DNA from: Leptonemataceae bacterium
Lineage (GTDB): Bacteria; Spirochaetota; Leptospiria; Leptospirales; Leptonemataceae
NCBI GenBank assembly: GCA_965227295.1
Contig: OZ245742.1
Location: forward strand, 4,640,206-4,704,205
Reading direction: 5' to 3'
DNA: 64,000 nucleotides
Positions 37,804 through 47,766 of the stretch are shown piece after piece (position 1 is the stretch's first letter; every line of letters begins with the position of its first letter). The position numbers and the translations under genes are program-made. Below the pieces are notes generated by a model. It did not search any database. It saw only the letters and a list, made by a program, of their open reading frames with translations, and had not been told where the DNA came from.

Positions 37804-39192
37804 TTAAATCTCTTCGAACTCCACCGACTCCGCCAGGATCTTCAGGATCTGCTTCGCCGTGGTTTTTCCGACCCCGGGAACTGCTTCCAGGGCCTCCGCT
37901 TCCATCTCAATGAGCTCCTCAACGGACTGGATTCCCGCCTCTTCGAGCAAACCGGCCACCCGGGAGGTAAGCCCGGGCAGATCGCTGAGCGGCGTGTAGT
38001 CCAGTTCCTCGCCCTCCGGTTCCGGAGGATTGAACAGAGCTTCCAGCTGGGCGCGTGCTTCCGGCGAAGACATTTCCTCGCTGAACTGGGTCTGTGACTT
38101 CACCAGCAGACGATGTTCCGTGAGCTGCGAAGCCAGGCGCACGTTCTGACCGTTGTTCCCGATGGCCAGGCTGTAGGAATCGTCCGGCACAATGACCAGG
38201 GCTTCCTCGGACCGCGGTTCCACCCGCACTTCCAGAACCCGGGCCGGCGACAGGGCATTGGCAATCAGTTCCTCGGCGTCGGCCGAGTAATTGACGATGT
38301 CAATGCGTTCGTTTCCCAATTCGCGGACAATCGACTGAATCCGCACGCCTTTGATGCCGACGCAGGCACCCACGGGGTCCACGTCCTGGCGGTTCGAGCG
38401 CACCATGATCTTCGTACGATAGCCCGGCTGCCGGGCGATGGCCAGAATCTCTACGACTCCGTCGTAAATTTCGGGAATTTCCAGTTCAAAGAGCTTGCGC
38501 ACGAACTCCGGCGCCGCCCGGGACAGCGTGATGAACGGGCCCGGCTCCCGGGACTTCTCCCGACGCAGCTCCACGGACTTGATGATCGCCTTCACGCGAT
38601 CCCCGGAGCGAAAGCGCTCGCCCGGGATCTGCTCCCGGCGGGGCAGGATTCCCTCGGCGCGACCCAGGTCCACGTACATCATGTCGCGGTCCCGCCAGCG
38701 CAGAAAGAAACCGTTGATGATCTCGCCCTCTTTCTTCACAAACTCGTTATAGATGATTTCACGTTCGAGTTCTTTCAGTCTTTGCATCAAGATCTGCCGG
38801 ACGTTCGTGGCTCCGATGCGACTGAAGCCGAACGGGTCCTCGCGCAGTTCGAAGATTTCGCCGACTTCGAGCTCGGGTTCGGGCAGGCCGTGGTCGGCAG
38901 CCTCTTTCTTCGCTTCGGCGAGTGTGACCTCCATCGCCGGGTCTTCCACGTTCTCGACGATCTTCCGCCGGAAGATGACCGCGATTTCGGGCTTCTCGCT
39001 GTCCAGGATCACGTCCAGATCGGCTTCCTGGCCGTACTTCTTTTGATACGCAGTAAGGAAGCTGCTCGAAACGACTTCGATCACTTCGTCGCGTGCGAGT
39101 CCCTTCTCCTTCGAGATGTCTTCGAGGTACTCGAAGAACGCCCGGAGATCCGGTCCGACATCTTTCTTTTGCTTCGATTTAGCCCTGGCCAT
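37804..39192 (-). CDS. nusA: Transcription termination/antitermination factor NusA
   Basis: S1 and two KH domains ([25 protein letters not shown]) and a C-terminal HhH-type acidic repeat. The start is taken at ATG 39192 (MARAKSKQ). Confidence 0.93.
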   Translation of the reverse strand: MARAKSKQKKDVGPDLRAFFEYLEDISKEKGLARDEVIEVVSSSFLTAYQKKYGQEADLDVILDSEKPEIAVIFRRKIVENVEDPAMEVTLAEAKKEAADHGLPEPELEVGEIFELREDPFGFSRIGATNVRQILMQRLKELEREIIYNEFVKKEGEIINGFFLRWRDRDMMYVDLGRAEGILPRREQIPGERFRSGDRVKAIIKSVELRREKSREPGPFITLSRAAPEFVRKLFELEIPEIYDGVVEILAIARQPGYRTKIMVRSNRQDVDPVGACVGIKGVRIQSIVRELGNERIDIVNYSADAEELIANALSPARVLEVRVEPRSEEALVIVPDDSYSLAIGNNGQNVRLASQLTEHRLLVKSQTQFSEEMSSPEARAQLEALFNPPEPEGEELDYTPLSDLPGLTSRVAGLLEEAGIQSVEELIEMEAEALEAVPGVGKTTAKQILKILAESVEFEEI

Positions 39193-39211
39193 AACTGTGC
39201 AAATCCTGATT

Positions 39212-39913
39212 CTAAAAATCCAGGTATAGATTCGCCTGCGCGAGTTCTCCTCGCCCGACAACGAATCTTACTTCTTCGGCACCCCGCTTGCTCTTTTTGA
39301 GCGAGCGTCCACTGCGCCGACCTTCCCGGCGCCGCACCCGCGACGTGGACGGAACGTACTCCCGAAAGACGTAGCGCTCTTCGTCCGCCGACTCTTCCCG
39401 GCTTTCGAAAACGCCCAGTCGAACTTCGACCGTGGTCGAATCCGTTTCGGTGGCGTTTCCCCCCACCGAACGACGCAGCCGCAACTTCAACGGCTGGCCG
39501 CGGAATCGCTCCAGTTCTTCCGGCAACCGCAGCTCTCGTTCCGCACCGGCGGAGGACACTTCCAGGCTGTAGTTGTCGATCGTCAGCCCGGCCGGTAGAA
39601 CGTCTATCCAGCGATCCTCGCCGGACTCATGCTCCCGTTCCTCCACGGTGCGATCCAGCCTGTCAGTCAAACGACGGCTGAAGTCTTCGCAATCATCGAG
39701 AGTTACCGCCCCGACCGGATCTTCCAATCCGTCGAGGACTACCTCGAAGTGATATCCATCCGCCGCCGTCAGCAATCGCGCTCCGTAGATGCCTACTCCC
39801 GGGGGCGCAACTTCCTGCATGAAATCTATGAGATCCAGGCTCAGTCGTTCCACCCGCCGCACTTTTTCAGAGTATAAAAAAAGGAGGGGTTTACACCTCT
39901 CCCTGAATAGCAT
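39212..39913 (-). CDS. rimP: Ribosome maturation factor RimP (start uncertain)
   Basis: VTLDDCEDFSRRLTDRLD and YSLEVSSAGAERELRLPEE match RimP, and the gene sits upstream of nusA. A TTGACA-17 nt-TTTTAT element (39940-39912, minus strand) overlaps ATG 39913, so GTG 39862 or 39853 may be the real start. Confidence 0.75.
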   Translation of the reverse strand: MLFRERCKPLLFLYSEKVRRVERLSLDLIDFMQEVAPPGVGIYGARLLTAADGYHFEVVLDGLEDPVGAVTLDDCEDFSRRLTDRLDRTVEEREHESGEDRWIDVLPAGLTIDNYSLEVSSAGAERELRLPEELERFRGQPLKLRLRRSVGGNATETDSTTVEVRLGVFESREESADEERYVFREYVPSTSRVRRREGRRSGRSLKKSKRGAEEVRFVVGRGELAQANLYLDF

Positions 39914-39990
39914 AAAATTAGAAGAGAGTCACACTGTCAAGTAGATTCAAATAGAGTTGACCCCACGTCGTTTCCACAGACGTTTCTCCT

Positions 39991-41142
39991 GTGCTTCGCC
40001 CGTACTCCTTCCGAACCGCGCTCATCTGTGTTGGTATAATCGGGTGCAGTCTCTGGCATTGTGCCCGCTTTCGCATTGAAGAGCTCCAACCGGAAGCCGT
40101 GTTTTCCTTTCCGGTGACCAGGGCTGATGCCGAGAACCCCCGGAATCGTCTCCAGCTCATGGAAAACGGGCGAGTGCCGTACAATCTTCCCCTGCGCCCG
40201 GCCTTCGATGGCTCCCGCGCCTACCTGGCGGACCCGGCCCGGCGAATGATCCGGGTCTACTTTACCGGGAACGAGAATCCCGACAGCCTCCTGGTTCCGC
40301 CGGGCACAACCATCGCCGATGAAGACCTGGAAACGGTCACCGTCCGCGGCCTGGGCATCCCGGGCTGGACCGCGGCCACGGCGGATCATCTCTACGTGCA
40401 GTCATTTGCGGCGGTAAGCGAATCGCCGCCCACTCCGGATCAAACCGTAGAAAACCGCCCGTCCAACGAGCGCTCCATCCTGCGCCGCTCCGCGTCCCGC
40501 ATCCTCCACCTGGACCCGGACAATGACTTCGCCGTGCTCGGCATCCTGGGCGTTGACGGGTACAACAGCGAGGCCTTCCCCGCGATTGACCGCCTGACCG
40601 CCGACGACAACGGACTGCTGTACGTGTTGTACCGCGACGCGGAGAACTCCCCGGTCCTCGCCATCTTTCAGGACGGCCGACGCATCGGCAGCTACGCCCC
40701 CCCCGCGGATTTCCCGGGCGAAGAAGATGCCCGGCGCTACCACGCCGTCTGGGAAGACATCGCGCCGGGCCAGGGCGGCGACTTCGCGCTCTACAGCCTG
40801 GCCCTGCGTCGCAAGGGCAACTACGATCTCGTGCAGCGGATCATTTTGCGCAGGGCGGCGGGGGAAGACAGCCGCACGGTAGAGTTGCTGCGCTCGGACG
40901 ATCCGGCGGACTACTTCATGTGGTCCCGCAACGACGGCGGCTTTTATCTGCGCAACAGTGAAGAAGACGGCTCGCGCATGCTCTTTAAGATCTTCAGCCC
41001 CGACGGCGAATACCTCAACAACAGGCTCATTGTGTTGCCTGGCCTCCGCGCTTCCTGGCGGGATACCTATCTCGACATCGACGAACGCATCTTCAGCTCG
41101 CGCCTCTATCTGGGCCGCTTCGAGTTGTACGAATGGAAGTAG
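39991..41142 (+). CDS. Hypothetical lipoprotein
   Basis: GTG start with a lipobox-like N-terminus (LICVGIIGCS). The composition looks natural, unlike the antisense ORF at 40402-41436. Confidence 0.55.
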   Translation: MLRPYSFRTALICVGIIGCSLWHCARFRIEELQPEAVFSFPVTRADAENPRNRLQLMENGRVPYNLPLRPAFDGSRAYLADPARRMIRVYFTGNENPDSLLVPPGTTIADEDLETVTVRGLGIPGWTAATADHLYVQSFAAVSESPPTPDQTVENRPSNERSILRRSASRILHLDPDNDFAVLGILGVDGYNSEAFPAIDRLTADDNGLLYVLYRDAENSPVLAIFQDGRRIGSYAPPADFPGEEDARRYHAVWEDIAPGQGGDFALYSLALRRKGNYDLVQRIILRRAAGEDSRTVELLRSDDPADYFMWSRNDGGFYLRNSEEDGSRMLFKIFSPDGEYLNNRLIVLPGLRASWRDTYLDIDERIFSSRLYLGRFELYEWK

Positions 41143-42746
41143 GACTCCCGCCCGCGTTGTTTTCGTACGCGGAGTGCAGCGCTCTGGACGCAGCGAGTAT
41201 CCGCGCGGGATTTTCGGAATTACAGCTGATGGGCCAGGCGGCCCTGGCGTCGCTCTACGCCCTGGAAACCGCGGGAGTGCTCGCACGATACCGGCGCCTC
41301 TTGATTCTGTGCGGCCCCGGCAACAACGGCGGCGACGGCTACGCCCTGGCATATCACCTGGAAAGCCGCGCGGCCCTCTTTGCCGACGGAGGTCCGGAGC
41401 TGCGGCTCTTTCGTTCAGTGGAGCCGAAGTCGGCAACGGCTAAGTTTTACGCGGAGAAAGTTAACGCGCCGGTCGCATCGTGCGAGGAGTTCCTGGCTTT
41501 GTGCGCCGGCGACGGAGTACGAGCCGACGACTGCCTCATCGACGCCCTGCTCGGTACCGGCCAGAGCGGTGCGCCCCGGGGCATCATCAGCGGAGTGATC
41601 GGTGCCGTGCGCCGGCTGCGCGCCGACGTCGACGGCGTCGGCTGGATCAGTCTGGATCTACCCACGGGCCTGCGCGAAAACGAGACGGCGCGCTTCGCAC
41701 CGCCGCGGCAGGACGGCGAAGATTCCGAAGTCCTGCCCGCCCCGGACGAAGTGCATTGCTACGGCGTCGAGAAACTGGCGCTGCACTGGAACGCGTCTCT
41801 GGTGGCCTTCACGAACATTCGCACGTTGCCGATGGGCTTTCTCCCGGATGAGATGCAAACGTCTTCGCAAGCGATTCGTCGGCTGGAGTTTCGTGAGGAC
41901 CTGCGCGCGTTCTTTCGCAAGAACGATCTGGATCATAAGTACGGGGCCGGGCACGGCCTCTTGATCGGCGGCTCCGAAGGCATGGAAGGCGCGTTGATCA
42001 TGGCGGCGCGCTCGTTCTTCGCGGGCGGCGGCGGCATTCTGCACGCCCTCGTTCCCTCCGCAAACTCCCGGGCCTTTCTGACACAGGCGCTGCCGAACGT
42101 CATGTTCCACGACTTCGCGAGCGGGCTGCCGCAAGAACTGCGACCGCGCTCCATTGTCGCCGGGCCGGGGCTCGCCGAAAAGGATCTCGCAGCGGCCGGG
42201 CAATTGCTAACTTCTTTTCTTCAGGACTTAGACGGGAACCCGGGAGACGGCGGTCTCGTCCTCGACGCCGGCGCAACGACGTTGATCCGGAATTTACCCG
42301 ATGCCTGGCGCCGACGCACGATTCTTACACCTCACGCCGGAGAATGGCGCAAACTGGGCGGCCCGGGACTCGGCATGCCGGCCGCCCTAATCGACAGCGA
42401 TGATCAGTTAGAGACATTCATGCAATCCGAACTGCGCTGTACCGTCCTGGTGAAGGACAGCGCATCGGTCTTACTCACTCCCGAAAACGCACACACCCGC
42501 GCCTGGGTCTGGAACCGCCCGGCCGGCGACCTGGCCACGGCCGGCAGCGGCGATTGCCTCGCGGGATTACTCGGCGCGGTTTTCGCTCGCCGGGGTCGCA
42601 CGCTGACGATGGAACGCGCGAGCGCCGCGGCCCTCGCGTTGCTCTACGCCGCCGGAGAACGCGGGACGCATCCGCGCGGGGATGAATTGCCGGAGCTGAT
42701 GTGTGCCGTGCTCGGAACCGAAAGCGCGGCCGACGAGGAGCGATAG
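41133..42746 (+). CDS. nnr: Bifunctional NAD(P)H-hydrate repair enzyme Nnr (epimerase/dehydratase)
   Basis: The YjeF N-terminal motif CGPGNNGGDGYALA is present. The C-terminal carbohydrate-kinase part has GGSEGMEGALIMAARS, LTPHAGEW and GSGDCLAGLLGA. Confidence 0.88.
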   Translation: MEVGLPPALFSYAECSALDAASIRAGFSELQLMGQAALASLYALETAGVLARYRRLLILCGPGNNGGDGYALAYHLESRAALFADGGPELRLFRSVEPKSATAKFYAEKVNAPVASCEEFLALCAGDGVRADDCLIDALLGTGQSGAPRGIISGVIGAVRRLRADVDGVGWISLDLPTGLRENETARFAPPRQDGEDSEVLPAPDEVHCYGVEKLALHWNASLVAFTNIRTLPMGFLPDEMQTSSQAIRRLEFREDLRAFFRKNDLDHKYGAGHGLLIGGSEGMEGALIMAARSFFAGGGGILHALVPSANSRAFLTQALPNVMFHDFASGLPQELRPRSIVAGPGLAEKDLAAAGQLLTSFLQDLDGNPGDGGLVLDAGATTLIRNLPDAWRRRTILTPHAGEWRKLGGPGLGMPAALIDSDDQLETFMQSELRCTVLVKDSASVLLTPENAHTRAWVWNRPAGDLATAGSGDCLAGLLGAVFARRGRTLTMERASAAALALLYAAGERGTHPRGDELPELMCAVLGTESAADEER

Positions 42747-42749
42747 AGC

Positions 42750-43259
42750 ATGAAGTACCATTACAAATCTCCGGGCGAACTCCAGGATCAGCTTTCCCGG
42801 GAACGTGAGAAAAACAGCAAACGCAATCGCACGAACTGGATTCTCTTCGCGGATCTGGCGGTGATCGTCTTGATCTTTACCGGCGTCTACTACTCCGGCA
42901 TTCTTACGCCGAAGCAATTCTACTCGGAAAGCGGTCTTCGGCGCGGACCGTTTTTATTTTCGGCCACCGTGCAACTGCGCGACGGCGGAGAAGCGGCCAT
43001 CTATCTGAACGTAAAAAACGATTCCGCGAAGGACGCGGCCTTTCCTCCCGCGGATTGGTCGGAGGCGCGCATCGAAATGCGGATTCCGCCGAACGAAACC
43101 ATGACCGCCGCGATTCCCACGGAAGCCGTTCCGGCGATTCGCCCGGGAGAGACGCGCATCTTTCGCACGGTGCTGCCGCCGCTGCCGGGAGAGTTTCGCC
43201 GGGAACACGGTCGTGTGATCTTAGAGTTCAGCGAAGAAAACTTAATCCTGGAGCTATGA
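42750..43259 (+). CDS. Hypothetical single-pass membrane protein
   Basis: A basic N-terminus is followed by the TM helix (WILFADLAVIVLIFTGVYY). The 3' end overlaps the convergent lpxB stop by 6 nt. Confidence 0.5.
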   Translation: MKYHYKSPGELQDQLSREREKNSKRNRTNWILFADLAVIVLIFTGVYYSGILTPKQFYSESGLRRGPFLFSATVQLRDGGEAAIYLNVKNDSAKDAAFPPADWSEARIEMRIPPNETMTAAIPTEAVPAIRPGETRIFRTVLPPLPGEFRREHGRVILEFSEENLILEL

Positions 43260-44690
43260 GCGCACGCGACTTCGCAGGAAGTCGACGATGTACTCGGCGG
43301 CCCGTACCGCCGGATTGCCCCGGCCGAGTTGATTCTTACGCACGTCTTCGAGGACGGCCTTCAGAGAATCGCGGTACTCCGGTTCTTCAATGATGCGTTC
43401 GGCCTCGCGCACGATGTTCTCCGGCGTCACTTCACTTTGAATGAGTTCGATCATGGCCTGGCGCTGGGCCAGAAGATTGACGATGCCGATGAAGCGCGTG
43501 CGAATCAAGAACGGCGCGATCATGTAGTTCACCAGGCTGACCTTATACAGCAGGATCATCGGCTTATGAAAGTAGGCGCCTTCGAGGGTGGCGGTGCCCG
43601 AGGCGATGATCAAAAAGTCGCTCGCTTCCATGATCCGCAGACTGCGCTGATAGTACAATTCCACCGGGAGTTCCGGGTATTTGTCCAGCTCCGCCCGGAT
43701 CTCGGGACTCAGACGTTCCTCGATGCCCGCGAGTAAAAAGCGAATGCCTCGCCGTTGATAACGTTCGTTAAGTTCTTGTGCCGCACCCAGCATGGCCGGC
43801 AGGAGTCGGGTGACTTCCGAACGGCGGCTACCGGGCACAAGCCCCACGGTGATGAGATCCTTCTTCGCGGCGAGCTTCGGGTGTTCCGGAATGGGTTCTT
43901 CTTTGCGCAATCGCTTCGGCACACGATTTACCAGCGGATGACCGATCCACTGCGCCGGCACCTGCTCGCGATCGTACATGTCCTTCTCGAATTGAAAGAG
44001 CGGCAGCATGAGATCGACGTTTTCGCGGATCGTGCGGATGCGCCCGTACTTCCAGGCCCAGATCTGCGGGCTCACGAGAAAGACCACGGGAATGCCGGCG
44101 GCCTTCAGCATTTTTGCGAAGCGCAAATTGAAGCCGGGATAATCGATGAGGATCGCGAGGGCCGTATCGCGTTCCACGGCGGCGGCCAGGATCTCATCCG
44201 CCAGAGCCTTCATGCGACGGTAGGCCTTCAACGCCTCCACGAAACCGACAATGTTCAGACTGTCAATGTCCTCGAGGATCTCGACGCCCTGCTCCTGCAT
44301 ATGCGTGCCTCCGGTACCGAAGAAACGCGAGTAACCCAGGCGAGCGAGTTCCTGCACCACGTCCCCGCCCAACAGGTCGCCGGAGTGTTCCCCGGCGATG
44401 ATCAGTACCGGACGCCCGGTGGCAGGAGCGCGGCCCGGGGAGCGCCGCACAGACGGTGGTGTCGCTACGGGCGTCGCGGCCGGGGCCGCGACTTTCGGGG
44501 CGGCTTTTTTCGTAACTTTCTTTGCGGATGTATTAGCAGCCGTCTTGCGCGCGGCCTTTCTCTTCGCGACTTTCTTTACCGGTTCCGCAGGAGCGGCCTT
44601 CTTCGCCGCCGATTTCTTCGCCGATGATTTCTTCGCAGTCTTCTTTTTGGCCGCGGCTTTCTTTGTACTTTTCTTTCGCGAGGATGCCAT
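43254..44690 (-). CDS. lpxB: Lipid-A-disaccharide synthase LpxB with a ~85-aa Lys/Ala-rich N-terminal extension
   Basis: The GT19 N-terminal signature IIAGEHSGDLLGG is present, then PQIWAWK and PGSRRSEV. It is preceded by MASSRKKSTKKAAAKKKTAKK... An alternative GTG start about 15 codons before the fold cannot be excluded. Confidence 0.88.
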   Translation of the reverse strand: MASSRKKSTKKAAAKKKTAKKSSAKKSAAKKAAPAEPVKKVAKRKAARKTAANTSAKKVTKKAAPKVAAPAATPVATPPSVRRSPGRAPATGRPVLIIAGEHSGDLLGGDVVQELARLGYSRFFGTGGTHMQEQGVEILEDIDSLNIVGFVEALKAYRRMKALADEILAAAVERDTALAILIDYPGFNLRFAKMLKAAGIPVVFLVSPQIWAWKYGRIRTIRENVDLMLPLFQFEKDMYDREQVPAQWIGHPLVNRVPKRLRKEEPIPEHPKLAAKKDLITVGLVPGSRRSEVTRLLPAMLGAAQELNERYQRRGIRFLLAGIEERLSPEIRAELDKYPELPVELYYQRSLRIMEASDFLIIASGTATLEGAYFHKPMILLYKVSLVNYMIAPFLIRTRFIGIVNLLAQRQAMIELIQSEVTPENIVREAERIIEEPEYRDSLKAVLEDVRKNQLGRGNPAVRAAEYIVDFLRSRVRS

Positions 44691-44735
44691 TTCGTTTTCG
44701 ATCGCGCCGGGTTATTAACTTTGCAGCAGACGATG

Positions 44736-45782
44736 TTAGAGCCCGCCGCCGGCGGAGTTCAGGCTCGCCAGGTAACGCTCGTCGGTCAGGGCCCGTTCCC
44801 GACTCGTGGCCACCACGGTGATGCCCTTGCGCCGGGCGTCTTCGAGAAACTCCGCGGGGTTCAGTACGAAGGTGTGCGCCGGATCAAAGGCCAGTACCGC
44901 GCAGCGCGTCTCTGCCATGATCCCGAGGGTGTGTGCTCCCGTCACGGGAATGTCGAAGCGCCGGTCATGATTCTCCTTCGAAAGTTTGCAGACCACGGCT
45001 CCGCCCTTGCGGAAAAGTTCTCCGCCCCGGCGGATGCAACGATCGGTCCCTTCCGCGGCCTCGACGGCGAGAACGGCATGATCGCCCACCACCACCGACT
45101 GGCCGATGTCGAGGCGATTGATGGACTGGGCCATCTCCAGGCCGAAGCGCACGTCGGCGATTTGCTTCTTCGAGAGCTTCGCCCCGTAGCGTCCCTCGGG
45201 GATGAACAGATGACTGAGATACGTATCCTGCGGGATGATCGTGAAGCCCTCTTTTTCCACCACCCCGGCCAGGAATTCAAAGATCGCGTAATCACTCTGA
45301 CTGACCATGCGGGCCAGGAGCAGCAGCGTGCGCGCGTCGAAGCGCGGTTTATTATAGAGGATATCCCGCGTGGATTTGCCGAGCAGCAGAATGCGCCGGA
45401 TGCCGCGGCTGCGAAACGCGGCCAGCGTGGATGAGTAAAACTTCGTGAGGATGATGCGCTCGGTGAGATGCGCCAGGTCCGCCGGCGGCGGATCGTCGGT
45501 GAAACACATGGCCCGGATGTCCACTCCGCGACGCAGGGCCTCCCGCATGGCGATCCAGGGCAGTTCTCCCGCGCCGGCAAGGATGCCCACCGGGCCGTCC
45601 TCGTCGGCAGCCGGGATCCCGGCCGGTGCGGCCAGGGACTTCGGCAGGGACGCTTTCTTTTTCGCGGAGGAAGCCTGCTTCTTCTTCTGTGCGGCAGACG
45701 CCTTTTTTTTCGCCGGGCGCTTCTTCGTCGCACTGCGTTTTTTAGACGCGGCTTTCTTTTTGGATGTCTTGCGTTTCGCCAC
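44736..45782 (-). CDS. lpxI: UDP-2,3-diacylglucosamine diphosphatase LpxI (DUF1009) with a ~55-aa Lys/Ala-rich N-terminal extension
   Basis: GILAGAGELP ... AVEAAEGTDRCIRRGGEL ... VVCKLSKENHDRRFDIPVTG matches the LpxI family. The gene lies immediately upstream of lpxB. Confidence 0.75.
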   Translation of the reverse strand: MAKRKTSKKKAASKKRSATKKRPAKKKASAAQKKKQASSAKKKASLPKSLAAPAGIPAADEDGPVGILAGAGELPWIAMREALRRGVDIRAMCFTDDPPPADLAHLTERIILTKFYSSTLAAFRSRGIRRILLLGKSTRDILYNKPRFDARTLLLLARMVSQSDYAIFEFLAGVVEKEGFTIIPQDTYLSHLFIPEGRYGAKLSKKQIADVRFGLEMAQSINRLDIGQSVVVGDHAVLAVEAAEGTDRCIRRGGELFRKGGAVVCKLSKENHDRRFDIPVTGAHTLGIMAETRCAVLAFDPAHTFVLNPAEFLEDARRKGITVVATSRERALTDERYLASLNSAGGGL

Positions 45783-45794
45783 GAAAGAGCCGCG

Positions 45795-46100
45795 TTACTC
45801 CGAAGACTTCGCGCTGGACGTGCCGGATGTCGGCGAAGAGGAACCGCCGCCGCTTCCGCTTCCGCTTCCGGAAGATTCGCCGCCACCGGAAGAGCCGCCG
45901 CTCTTTGACTCACCGCCGGATTTTTTGCGATAGTCCGTCACGTAAAAACCGGAGCCCTTGAATACGATGCCGGCGCCGCCGCCGATGACTCGCTGCACTT
46001 TGCCGCCGCATTCCTGACAGACGGTCTGCGGGTCGGCGGACATGGACTCGAACGCGTCGTAACGATGGTCGTTCTCGCATTGGTACGTATAGGTCGGCAT
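45795..46100 (-). CDS. FmdB-family zinc-ribbon protein with a Gly/Ser-rich C-terminal tail
   Basis: MPTYTYQCENDHRYD ... CQECGGKVQRVI is the CxxH...CxxC ribbon, followed by FKGSGFYVTDY and then a GGSSGGGESSGSGSGSGGGSSS tail. Confidence 0.8.
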   Translation of the reverse strand: MPTYTYQCENDHRYDAFESMSADPQTVCQECGGKVQRVIGGGAGIVFKGSGFYVTDYRKKSGGESKSGGSSGGGESSGSGSGSGGGSSSPTSGTSSAKSSE

Positions 46101-46155
46101 GCGACCAAATACGGAAAACGCGGCAACGCAGTCGACTCGAAAACGAACGCCGCGC

Positions 46156-46797
46156 TCAACCGAGGGCGCTCGCAAACCACTGCAGCAGGGGGCTGAAACC
46201 CGCCGGGGCCAGCAGGCCCGTGAGCACCAGGCCGGTCAGGGCCCCGCCCAGGTGGCCCTCGTGGGAAATCCCGTCCCGGGTGTTCCGCGCGATCAAGAAA
46301 ATCGCAATGATGATGTAGGCCAGGGAAAAGACCGGTCCCGGGATCGGCACGGGGATGAAGAAAAAGATCACCGAGATGCTCGGGTCGATCACCACCGCGG
46401 CCAGCACAATGCCGAAGACGCTGCCGCTGGCGCCGAGACAGCGATAGGTCGGATCGTGGCGGCGCAGCGCGAAAACGACGAGGTCGGAGCCGAAGCCCGC
46501 AAGCACGTAGATCACAAGAAAGGCTACGGGGCCGACTTCCTCAAGGACGCCGCCGGCGAACGAAAAGAGCGCCAGCATGTTGAACGCCAGGTGCAACCAG
46601 CCGGCGTGGGCGAAGTGCGCGAGCAACCAGCCCATGCCGTTTTCTCCGCGGGCCACGGCGTGCGGGATAAACAAAAAACGATCCGCCGCGGGACGTCCAC
46701 TGACGCCGTCGATTTCGGCGGGGTTGCCGCGCAGCGCCTGGAAACCCCACAGGCTGATGATGACGTTGACGGCAATGACGGCGATAAGAACGATCAT
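46156..46797 (-). CDS. Rhomboid family intramembrane serine protease
   Basis: HLAFNMLALFSF, the catalytic GASGSVFG and the His in HEGHLGGALTG are present, with six TM-like segments. Confidence 0.85.
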   Translation of the reverse strand: MIVLIAVIAVNVIISLWGFQALRGNPAEIDGVSGRPAADRFLFIPHAVARGENGMGWLLAHFAHAGWLHLAFNMLALFSFAGGVLEEVGPVAFLVIYVLAGFGSDLVVFALRRHDPTYRCLGASGSVFGIVLAAVVIDPSISVIFFFIPVPIPGPVFSLAYIIIAIFLIARNTRDGISHEGHLGGALTGLVLTGLLAPAGFSPLLQWFASALG

Positions 46798-46853
46798 ACA
46801 CGCGAGCCTGGCTGTTTGCGCCGATTACGCAAGCTCGAAAACACGGAAACATC

Positions 46854-47747
46854 ATGTCCGACCTTGCCGACATCACCGCCATCGTTCCCGTTTCCGATCG
46901 CCCGCAACTCCTGGTAGAAGCCGTGGCTTCGATTTGTGCGGGTACGGTGCTGCCGAAACAGATCATCGTCGTCTACAACGCTCGCGATCATGCGACGCGG
47001 GACCGGGATCGCGCGGCGCTGGATGCCTGGCAGCAGGCGCATCATGCAAATCAGAATGATTCGAGGATCGAACACGTAATTTGTGAGATCCCCGGCCCCG
47101 CCGCGGCCCGCAATGCCGGCGCGGTGGGAGCGCGCTGTCGTTATCTCGCGTTCCTGGACTCGGACGATCTCTGGACGGAACGCAAGCTGGAACTGCAACT
47201 GGAACATCTGGCGCGCCGACCGCATCTGCACGCCTGCCATACGGCGGAACGCTGGATCAAAAACGATCGGTTGTTACAACAGCCGCAACACCTGCGTGCA
47301 CGTCGCGGCCGCTTTCTCGGGGCCTCGTTTTATCATTGCTTAATTTCATGTTCGTCGATCTTAATGGAGCGGCGCGTCTTTGAAGAACTCGGCGGCTTCG
47401 ACGAGGCCTTTCGCGTTTGCGAGGATTTCGAGCTGTGGCTGCGCTATCTCGCGCGTCGTCCCATCGGCCTGGCGGAGGCACCGGCCGGCGACGGCGCGTT
47501 GACGATCAAACGCTCCGGCGGCTGGCCCCAGGAAAGTTCGCGCTATCACAGCCTGGATGCGCTGCGGATTCGGGCGGTGTTGAAGTTGATGGAACACGAT
47601 CGCGAACGATTGTCGCAGGCGGAAATCGATGCGGCGCGCGCGGCCTGCGAACGAAAGCTGGGGATCCTTGCGGCCGGCGCGGAAAAATACGACACTCGCA
47701 CGCGGGTGGATGAGTTGCGGGAACGAGTGGAACGGACGTTTGCGTAA
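46854..47747 (+). CDS. Family 2 glycosyltransferase
   Basis: GT-A N-terminal pattern: AIVPVSDRPQLLVEAVASI ... AAARNAGAVGARCRYLAFLDSDDLW (DxD). Confidence 0.8.
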   Translation: MSDLADITAIVPVSDRPQLLVEAVASICAGTVLPKQIIVVYNARDHATRDRDRAALDAWQQAHHANQNDSRIEHVICEIPGPAAARNAGAVGARCRYLAFLDSDDLWTERKLELQLEHLARRPHLHACHTAERWIKNDRLLQQPQHLRARRGRFLGASFYHCLISCSSILMERRVFEELGGFDEAFRVCEDFELWLRYLARRPIGLAEAPAGDGALTIKRSGGWPQESSRYHSLDALRIRAVLKLMEHDRERLSQAEIDAARAACERKLGILAAGAEKYDTRTRVDELRERVERTFA

Positions 47748-47766
47748 CGCTTCCGCCGCGGTCCGA

